A DNA stretch of 64,000 nucleotides from contig NW_026948141.1 in assembly GCF_963921235.1 (NCBI RefSeq), forward strand, positions 186,001 to 250,000, read 5' to 3'. This DNA is from Mobula hypostoma. Lineage: Eukaryota. The notes under the pieces are model-generated. The model worked only from the letters and a program-made list of their open reading frames with translations, had not been told where the DNA came from and ran no database searches. Below are positions 40,001-49,406 of this stretch, one piece after another; position 1 is the first letter of the stretch, and the number at the start of each line of letters is the position of its first letter. The translations under genes and the position numbers were made by a program.

Positions 40001-42111
40001 GCTGAGGTACAGTGGAAAATAACTGTACACTGCATGGTGTGTGCTGAGGTACTGTTGGGAATAACTGTAGTCTGCAAAGTGTGTGCTGAGGTACTGTTGG
40101 GAATAACTGTAGTCTGCATGGTGTGTGCTGAGGTACAGTGGAGAATAACTGCAGTCTGCAAGGTGTGTGCTGAGGTACAGTGGAGAATAACTGTAGTCTG
40201 CAAGGTGTTGTGTGCTGAGGTACTGTTGGGAATAACTGTAGTCTGCAAAGTGTGTGCTGAGGTACAGTGGAGAATAACAGTAGTCTGCAAGGTGTTGTGT
40301 GCTGAGGTACTGTTGGGAATAACTGTAGTCTGCATGGTGTTGTGTGCTGAGGTACTGTTGGGAATAACTGTAGTCTGCATGGTGTGGGCTAAGGTACAGT
40401 GGAGAATAACTGTAGTCTGCAAGGTGTGTGCTGAGGTACAGTGGAGAATAACTGTAGTCTGCAAGGTGTTGTGTGCTGAGGTACTGTTGGGAATAACTGT
40501 AGTCTGCAAGGTGTTGTGTGCTGAGGTACTGTTGGGAATAACTGTAGTCTGCAAAGTGTGTGCTGAGGTACAGTGGAGAATAACAGTAGTCTGCAAGGTG
40601 TTGTGTGCTGAGGTACTGTTGGGAATAACTGTAGTCTGCAAAGTGTGTGCTGAGGTACTGTTGGGAATAACTGTAGTCTGCATGGTGTGTGCTAAGGTAC
40701 AGTGGAGAATAACTGTAGTCTGCAAGGTGTGTGCTGAGGTACAGTGGAGAATAACTGTAGTCTGCAAGGTGTTGTGTGCTGTGGTACTGTTGGGAATAAC
40801 TGTAGTCTGCAAGGTGTTGTGTGCTGAGGTACTGTTGGGAATAACTGTAGTCTGCAAGGTGTTGTGTGCTGTGGTACTGTTGGGAATAACTGTAGTCTGC
40901 AAGGTGTTGTGTGCTGAGGTACTGTTGGGAATAACTGTAGTCTGCAAGGTGTTGTGTGCTGAGGTACTGTTGGGAATAACTGTAGTCTGCAAGGTGTTGT
41001 GTGCTGAGGTACTGTTGGGAATAACTGTAGTCTGCAAGGTGTTGTGTGCTGAGGTACTGTTGGGAATAACTGTAGTCTGCAAGGTGTTGTGTGCTGAGGT
41101 ACTGTTGGGAATAACTGTAGTCTGCATGGTGTGTGCTGAGGTACAGTGGAGAATAACTGTAGTCTGCAAAGTGTGTGCTGAGGTACAGTGGAGAATAACT
41201 GTAGTCTGCAAAGTGTGTGCTGAGGTACAGTGGAGAATAACTGTACTCTGCAAGGTATTGTGTGCTGAGGTACTGTTGGGAATAACTGTAGTCTGCAAGG
41301 TGTTGTGTGCTGAGGTACTGTTGGGAGTAACTGTAGTCTGCGAGGTGTTGTGTGCTGAGGTACAGTCGGGAAAAACTCTACACTGCTTGGTGTTGTGTGC
41401 TGTGATACAGTGGAAAATAACTGTACACTGCATGGTGTGTGCTGAGGTACTGTTGGGAATAACTGTAGTCTGCATGGTGTGTGCTGAGGTACAGTGGAGA
41501 ATAACTGTAGTCTGCATGGTGTTGTGTGCTGAGGTACAGTGGAGAATAACTGTAGTCTGCAAAGTGTGTGCTGAGGTACAGTGGAGAATAACAGTAGTCT
41601 GCAAGGTGTTGTGTGCTGAGGTACTGTTGGGAATAACTGTAGTCTGCAAAGTGTGTGCTGAGGTACTGTTGGGAATAACTGTAGTCTGCATGGTGTGTGC
41701 TGAGGTACAGTGGAGAATAACTGTAGTCTGCAAGGTGTGTGCTGAGGTACAGTGGAGAATAACTGTACTCTGCAAGGTATTGTGTGCTGAGGTACTGTTG
41801 GGAATAACTGTAGTCTGCAAGGTGTTGTGTGCTGAGGTACTGTTGGGAATAACTGTAGTCTGCAAGGTGTTGTGTGCTAAGGTACTGTTGGGAATAACTG
41901 TAGTCTGCATGGTGTGTGCTGAGGTACAGTGGAGAATAACTGTACTCTGCAAGGTATTGTGTGCTGAGGTACTGTTGGGAATAACTGTAGTCTGCAAGGT
42001 GTTGTGTGCTGAGGTACTGTTGGGAATAACTGTAGTCTGTATGGTGTGTGCTGAGGTACTGTTGGGAATAACTGTAGTCTGCATGGTGTTGTGTGCTGAG
42101 GTACAGTGGAG
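31000..42111. repeat. Satellite array of 42/45-bp units (~250 copies)
   Basis: Consensus gctgaggtac(tgttgg/agtgga)gaataactgtagtctgca(a/t)ggtgt(tgt)gt repeated head-to-tail. Confidence 0.98.
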
Positions 42112-42271
42112 TAGTGGTCACCAACCTTTTTAAGCACACGATCCCTACCTCGACCTTAGTGAAAGGCAAGATCTACCTACTAAATCGTTCGGAGAGAAAA
42201 CAGCTCAGATTGTACTTCCAATTTGAGGCCTTTTATTTGGGCTATTCGTATTTGAATTACACAAAATACAT

Positions 42272-44285
42272 TTAGATTTAGCTTATGAGAACACTCAGTC
42301 CTCGTTTATTGTCACTTAGAAATGCATGCATGTATTAAGAAATGATACAATGTTCCTCCAGAGTGATATCACAGAAACAGCAGAAATATTTAAAATGTCG
42401 CTGTCTACGGGTGAAGTACCGGAGGATTGGAGAGTGGCTCATGTTATTCCGTTGTTTAAAAAAGGATCGAAAAGTAATCCGGGAAATTATAGGCCGGTGA
42501 GTTTAACGTCAGTAGTAGGTAAGTTGTTGGAGGGAGTACTAAGAGACAGAATCTACAGGCATTTGGATAGACAGGGACTTATTAGGGAGAGTCAACATGG
42601 CTTTGTGTGTGGTAGGTCATGTTTGACCAATCTGTTGGAGTTTTTCGAGGAGGTTACCAGGAAAGTGGATGAAGGGAAGGCAGTGGATATTGTCTGCATG
42701 GACTTCAGTAAGGCCTTTGACAAGGTCCCGCATGGGAGGTTAGTTAGGAAAATTCAGTCGCTAGGTATACATGGAGAGGTGGTAAATTGGATTAGACCTT
42801 GGCTCGATGGAAGAAGCCAGAGAGTGGTGGTAGAGAATTGCTTCTCTGAGTGGAGGCCTGTGACTAGTGGTGTGCCACAGGGATCAGTGCTGGGTCCATT
42901 GTTATTTGTCATCTATATCAATGATCTGGATGATAATGTGGTAAATTGGATCAGCAAGTTTGCTGATGATACAAAGATTGGAGGTGTAATAGACAGTGAG
43001 GAAGTTTTTCAGAGCCTGCAGAGGGACTTGGACCAGCTGGAAAAATGGGCTGAAAAATGGCAGATGGAGTTTAATACTGACAAGTGTGAGGTATTGCACG
43101 TTGGAAGGACAAAGCAACGTAGAACATACAGGGTTAATGGTAAGGCACTGAGGAGTGCAGTGGAACAGAGGGATCTGGGAATACAGATACAAAATTCCCT
43201 AAAAGTGTCGTCACAGGTAGATAGGGTCGTAAAGAGAGCTTTTGGTACATTGGCCTTTATTAATCGAAGTATTGAGTATAAGAGCTGGAATGTTATGATG
43301 AGGTTGTATAAGGCATCGGTGAGGCCGAATCTGGAGTATTGTGTTCAGTTTTGGTCACCAAATTACAGGAAGGATATAAATAAGGTTGAAAGAGTGCAGA
43401 GAAGGTTTACAAGGATGTTGCCGGGACTTGAGAGACTCAGTTACAGAGAAAGGTTGAATAGATTAGGACTTTATTCCCTGGAGCGTAGAAGAATGAGGGG
43501 AGATTTGATAGAGGTATATAAAATTATGATGGGTATAGATAGAGTGAATGCAAGCAGGCTTTTTCCACTGAGGCAAGGGGAGAAAAAAACCAGAGGACAT
43601 GGGTTAAGGGTGAGGGGGGAAAAGTTTAAAGGGAACACTAGTGGGGGCCTTCTTCACACAGAGAGTGGTGGGAGTATGGAATGAGCTGCCAGACGAGGTG
43701 GTAAATGTGGGTTCTTTTTTAACATTTAAGAATAAATTGGACAGATACATGGATGGGAGGTGTATGGAGGGACATGGTCCGTGTGCAGGTCAGTGGGACT
43801 AGGCAGAAAATGGTTCGGCACAGCCAAGAAGGGCCAAAGGGCCTGTTTCTGTGCTGTAGTTTCTATGGTTCTATGGTTCTGTGGTTCTAAAACAGGTCAA
43901 ACCAAAGACTAACACTGACAGAACCACATAATTATAACATATAGTTACAGCAGTACAAAGCAATACCATAATTTGATAAAGAGCAGATCATGGGCACGGT
44001 AAAAAAAAGTCTCAAAGTCCCAAGTTGATCGACTCCCAAGTCCCCAACAGCAGGCGGCAAATGGGAGAAACTCCCTGCCATAAACCTCCAGGCACCAACA
44101 ACTGCCGATGCATTGGAAACACCCGACCACAGCCGACACCGAGTTCGTCCGTCCGAAAACTTTGAGCCTCCGACCAGACCCTCCGATACAGCCTCCAAGC
44201 GCCATCGACCTCGCCCCGGCCGCCGAAACAAGCAAAGCCGAGATTCGGGGCCTTCTCCTCCGGAGATTCCAGACTACACAGTAAC
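42272..44285 (-). mobile_element. Non-autonomous SINE-like retroposon (CpG-rich head, Rex1-like tail) split by a CR1
   Basis: Contiguous sequence either side of the CR1, both carrying aaacag. Minus-strand tail ...ggaggaacattgtatcattt...tgacaataaa...taaatctaaa. No coding motifs. Confidence 0.5.
42381..43889 (+). mobile_element. Young 5'-truncated CR1 LINE with open RT
   Basis: ORF 42326-43684 has an uninterrupted RT (QGSVLGP, FADD); tail ttctatgg repeats; candidate TSD aaacag (42375-42380 / 43890-43895). Confidence 0.95.
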
Positions 44286-45798
44286 GTTTGTCAAACTTTC
44301 AAATCAATTCAAACAAGAAAACACTGTAGCTAGCATATCAAACAGGCCATTAGCTGTCTTTCTTTAAGAATATTACAATACTTCACACCTTTAATTCTAA
44401 GTTTCATTATTTAATTTTATTTCAACACGAAAAATAAATGAATAAAAATTGACTGTTGGACTCAGTGTGATGACTGGGGCTGAATACTTTCTGCTAGTTC
44501 CCTGAAATTTGGCTCATAACTACAGACAGCCAGTCTGAGACAGTCTGTGAGGTGTTTGTCAATAAGACAGCTCCTGTACTAAGATTCAATAATTTTCATC
44601 TGTGAAAATGCAATTTCACATAGATAAGTTGACCTGAAGTAGGTACTGACTTTTAGTGTTATAAAGCCAACATGCACACCGCGCATTGCTCAGGCCCCAT
44701 CAATAGTAATTGCCGCCAGTTTATGAATGGGGATGTCATTTTCACGGACATATTTTTAAAACTCATTGTAAATATCCTCACCTCTCGTTCTTTCCTTTAA
44801 TTGCAAAAGAGTGAGGAAGTTCTCCTTTGTTGTAAAATCCTGGAAAGCCATTCTGACAAATACAACAAGCTGAGCTGTTTGTATTACATCCAGGGATTCA
44901 TCGAACTGTAGTGAAAAATACCCACGTCCTCTGACAGTGACTCTACCCTCCTTGTCACTGTTGCAGGGCCAAGCGGTATATTATGTATTGCGGTTGTGAT
45001 GTTGTTTTTGTTTTTAAAGTCAGTAAAAACAGTCTCTGCGGTAATGACCATTGCTTCCTTGAATAAATCGACATCTGTAAAAGGCTTCTTGCATTTAGCC
45101 AAAAGGTGATTTACATGAAATGATGCTTCAATAGCAGTCTTATTCTGAGCAGCATGTTTTGTGAAAAACGATTGCTGGGCCTTCAACCCTGATTTCAGCT
45201 CAACTTTCCTGGCACGAATTGCGCTCTTTGGGGGGTAGGTGTCTTCAAATTTCTGGTGGTTGGTGCTGTGGTGCCTCTCCAGATTCCCTCTTTTCGTCAG
45301 TGCTTGTGTTTGGTGGCACAACATATATACACACTTGTCTTTCACCAAGGTAAGTAGAAATTCCTCTTCCCATTCTGGATGGAATTTGTACGTTTTCGCC
45401 TTCTTTCGTGGAGCCTCCGCCATGCTATCAGGATACCACGAGCGAGTGCCGTATATTGATGTTTGCGACAGTCTGTACTCTTATCTAATTTAATTGGTCA
45501 CTTTGATGCAGCACAGGCTACGCTGAAAACGTAGTTCATGGTGGGGGTGCTACACACGTGCACTGGGCAGAAAGCATGGAACTAAAACCCCGCAACCCGG
45601 AAACAATCTCTCTTTACAAACAGCTTTCAGTCGCGGAAGTATTGCTATATTACCATTATCCTAATTAGTATTACTTATTTTTATAATGCTCACATTACAA
45701 CAGTATTTGTGTATTTATTTTTGATTTTTTTTCGGGATCTACTGGGAAAGTCTCAAAGATCGACCGGTCGATCACAATCGACGGGTTGGCGACCACTA

Positions 45799-46298
45799 CC
45801 GTAGAGAATAACTGTACTCTGCCAGCTGTTGTGTGCTGAGGTACAGTGGAGAATAACTGTACTCTGCAAGGTGTTGTGTGCTGAAGTACTGTTGGGAATA
45901 ACTGTAGTCTGCAAGGTGTTGTGTGCTGAGATACTGTCAGTAATAACTTTGCAAGGTGTTGTGTGCTGAGGTACTGTCGGTAATAACTGTACTCTGCAAG
46001 GTGTGTGCTGAGGTACTGTAGAGAATAACTGTAGTCTGCCAGCTGTTGTGTGCTGAGGTACTGTAGCGAACAGCTGTACTCTGCAAGGTGTTGTGTGGAG
46101 AATAGCTGTTCTCTGCCAGCTGTTGTGAGCTGATGTACTGTTGGGAATAACTGTACTCTGCCAGGTGTTGTGTGCTCTGGTACTGTTGGAAATAACTGTA
46201 CTTTACAAGGTGTTGTGTGCTGAGGTACTGCAGAGAATAGCTGTTCTCTGCCAGGTGTTGTGTGCCGAGGTACTGTTGAGAATAACTGCAATCTGCAA
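45799..46298. repeat. Diverged distal part of the 42/45-bp satellite (~11 units)
   Basis: Same unit as 31000-42111 with many private substitutions. Confidence 0.9.
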
Positions 46299-46624
46299 GC
46301 TTTCTTTGGTGTCCACACATGGAGAAGAAATACACAACGATTTAACTCCCCCTGGCTGCTGTGTCTGAACTCCACCCGTGCTTTCCTGCTTTTAACTTTA
46401 TGCATCTTATCCTCCTGGCTTTGCCAGTTCTCCTCTGTTTCAATCGGTGAACAAACTCTCTTCACCAATTATACGTTCTTGACACTAGTACAACCCTCCA
46501 TCCTCCTGTACTTCCTGGGATAATGTACCCCTCTCCAGCATCATCTTCCATACCCAACCCCCCCAACTCTCCATCCACTCCCCACATCCTTAAACCTGCC
46601 AGCAACAAAAGATCTGCTGGGGGC

Positions 46625-46770
46625 AAACAACAGGAATTCTGCAGATGCTGGAAATTCAAGCAACACACATAAAAGTTGCTGGTGAACGCAGCAGGCCAGG
46701 CAGCATCTCTAGGAAGAGGTACAGTCGACGTTTCAGGCCGAGACCCTTCGGCAGGACTAACTGAAGGAAG
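46625..46770 (-). mobile_element. Penelope-like 3' tail with minimal type I hammerhead-like motif (46723-46758)
   Basis: Reverse complement agtc-CTGCCGA-agggtctcggcct-GAAAC-GTC-gact. Confidence 0.75.
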
Positions 46771-46789
46771 ACTGCTGGAGGGACTCAGC

Positions 46790-47052
46790 TGTCAAGCAGT
46801 GCCAGCAGGTCGAGCAGTGCCAGTAAGTTGAGCAGTGCTATTGGGTTGAGCAATGCCAGTGGGTTGAGTTGTGCCAGTGGGTTGAGCAGTGCCAGTGGGT
46901 TGAGCAGTGCCAGTGGGCAAACAATTCCAGTGGGTTGAGCAATGCCAGTGGATCTAGCAGTGCCAGTGGGTTGGACAATGCCAGTGGGTTGAGCAGTGCC
47001 AGTGGGTCGACCATCATCAGTGGCTTAGGCAGCATCAGCAGGTCAAGCATCA
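46790..47052. repeat. 18-bp minisatellite (~14 degenerate copies)
   Basis: Unit gcagtgccagtgggttga. Confidence 0.9.
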
Positions 47053-47489
47053 GCTGTGGAACAAAAGAAATTGTCTTCGATTCTGGTTCAGATCTGCTTC
47101 AGATCTATTCATTTAACTTAGAGATACAGCGCGGAACAGGCTCCTTCAGTCCAACAAGCCGCACTTGCAGAAATCCACCTATTTAACCCTAGCCTAACCA
47201 CAGCACAATTTACAATTTACATTTAACCTACTAACTGGTATGTCCTTGGACTGTGGGAGGAAACCACATACGCATAGGAAGAACATACAAACTCCTCACA
47301 GAGGACACTGGACCTAAACACCCGAGCCCTAGTATCCATGACAGGATGGAGGAGATGTCCAGTATAGAGGGGGGAAGGGGAATGATAAGGAAGGAATCCA
47401 AGGGGGTGGTGAACTGAGAAGGGATTTACGATGACAGGGAGGTAGGACATGAGAGCAGGGCTTTAGGTGAATGAGGGGTGGTCACACTG

Positions 47490-47842
47490 AAACCTATTGA
47501 ATATTGATTGTAAGGCCTAGAAAGAGAGTACATGGAGAGGATGTTTCCTGTAGCGGTTGAGTCTAGGACCAGGGGGCACAGCATCCAAATAGAAGGACAG
47601 AGATGAGGAGGAATCTCTTTATCTAAAGGGTGGTGAATCTGTGGAATTCATTGCCACAGGCGGCAAGGAGCCAAGTCATGGGCATATTTAATATGGAGAT
47701 TGATAGGTTCTTGATTAGTCAGGGTGTTGAAAGTTGTGGGGAGAAGGCAAGACAATGGGATTGAGAGGGTTAATAAATCAGCCATGAATGAATGGCGGAG
47801 CAGACTTGATGGGTTAAACGGCCTAGTTCTGCTCCTATGTCT
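47490..47842 (+). mobile_element. CR1 3' fragment (related copies at 21520-21795 and 52060-52358)
   Basis: RVVNLWNSLP remnant and 3' UTR ggcctaattctgctcctatgtctt. Confidence 0.8.
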
Positions 47843-48381
47843 TGTGGGTTTTGCTGGAGTGTGGAGGTGAAGGCAGCTTCACCCTCCATCCTCCAATGTT
47901 TCAACTCCATCACCTCACTCTCCGTACATCTCTAACAAAACCTCCACACCACCATCTCTTACAGCTGCCTCTTGAGAACCTCCCCTCAGTTAGTGAGCTT
48001 ATAGAATACAGAACAGTACAGGCCCTTCGGCCCACAATGTTGTGCCAACCTTTTAACCTACTCCAAGATCAATCTACCACTTCCTTCCTTCATAACCCTA
48101 CATTTTTGTTTCATCCATGGGCATTTTTAAGAGTCTCTTAAATGGTGTCTCTTCCACCAGCACATTCCAGACCCTCACCACCTATCTCTGACATCACTCC
48201 AAAATCCTTCCAGGCACATTAAAGAGATGTCATCTGTTGTTGGTCATTGCCACTCTGGAAAAAAGGCACTGACAGTCCTCTCTAATCATGCTTCTCAAAC
48301 CCCCGCGTTCCACACACCCACCGCTCTCTGTGTAAAACTACTTACCTCTGACATCTCCCCTATATTTTCCTCCAACCACCT

Positions 48382-48883
48382 TACTGTTCAAAAGTCTTAG
48401 ACACACATATATCGCAATATTGTATTTGTCAACGTGGAGTGGAGAGTGAGTTTGTAAATCAGGCAGGAACAAAGGGAATGACGAGGAGGGGGCACCGCAG
48501 GACGGGTATGGCACAGGTGGCAGAGGAGGAGTGCCAGGGGCAGGGCATGGCACAGGTGCAGACACACCCAGCCCTGAGACACCAGGCAAGGTCACTTGAT
48601 TCCAAACTATTGGTTTGTTGACCATTACAGAATGTCTCTCTGGTGCTTGCCACTCCCTCCTCTCTCCCTTCCCCTTTTCCCAATCATGATTCCCCTCTTC
48701 CTACCACCTTCCCACTCTCAGTCTACAACGGAGACTCATATCAGAATCAAATTTATCATCACCCACATATGTCATGAAATTTGATCTTTTTTGTGGCAGC
48801 ATACATAAAATTACTACTGTACTGTGCAAGAGTCTTAGTCACCCTCGTTAAATCTATGTGCCTAAGACTTTAGCGCAGTATTG
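48382..48883. mobile_element. Tc1-derived non-autonomous element (MITE-like) inside a minus-strand CR1 fragment (48000-49020)
   Basis: Ends match the TIR of the Tc1 at 10108 (tactgtgcaa.agtcttag / ctaagactttagcgcagtattg-TA). Confidence 0.65.
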
Positions 48884-49406
48884 TATTAGCTATTTGCACT
48901 GTGGAAAAAGGTATCCGTTATCCATTCAACCTATGCCTCTTATCATCTTGTACACCTCTATCAAGTCACCTCTCATCCTCCTTCGCTCTAGGAGAAAAGC
49001 CCTAACTCACTCAACCTTTCATTGTCTATGAAAACAACTGGTCATTTTCTTCTGGCTGATTAGAAACCTTTTCCTGGCTTTACCCTTTCCCTTCCCACTC
49101 TAGCCTCTTACCTCTTCTCCTCATCTGCCTATCACCTCCCCATGGTGCCCCCTCCTCTTTCCCTTTTTCCCATGGTCCACTCTCGTCTCCTATCAGATTT
49201 CCTCTTCTATCAGATTTCTTTTTCTCCAGCCCTTTACCTTTTCCTCCAATCACCTCCCCGCTTCCTACTTCCTCCCCCACTCCCCCACGTACCCAGTCTC
49301 ACCTATCACCTTCTAGCTTGCTCTCTTTTCCCTAACCCCAACTACTTATTCAAGCGCCTTGCCCCTTCCTTTCCGATGAAGGGTCTCAGCCCGAAACTTT
49401 GACTGA

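Larger units (their letters stand above)
42112..45798 (-). mobile_element. hAT (Buster/Charlie, GTF2IRD2-like) DNA transposon, internally deleted, with nested insertions
   Basis: TIRs tagtggtcaccaacc / ggttggcgaccacta; 8-bp flanks cagtggag / ccgtagag. Transposase 45423 to ~44460: zinc-finger-like N-terminus, then frameshifted FSLQFDES, ITIDGA and STYLCEIAFSQMK. Confidence 0.9.

Noticed and set aside
30856..42169. ORFs up to 1,213 aa on both strands (mucin-like T-rich / V-C-rich repeats)
   Set aside because: Units are 42/45 nt with stop-free frames, so long ORFs arise automatically. Frames break at random indels, and open frames on both strands argue against coding selection.
42326..42380. 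N-terminal extension MHVLRNDTMFLQSDITET making a 452-aa RT 'gene'
   Set aside because: Chance in-frame ATG from the flanking element upstream of a 5'-truncated CR1.
44884..45423. Domesticated GTF2IRD2/ZBED-like host gene
   Set aside because: Frameshifted, contains a stop, is internally deleted and is still bounded by TIRs; a dead transposon.
45695..46468. 257-aa minus-strand ORF
   Set aside because: Chimeric read-through of unique sequence, satellite units and the hAT end.
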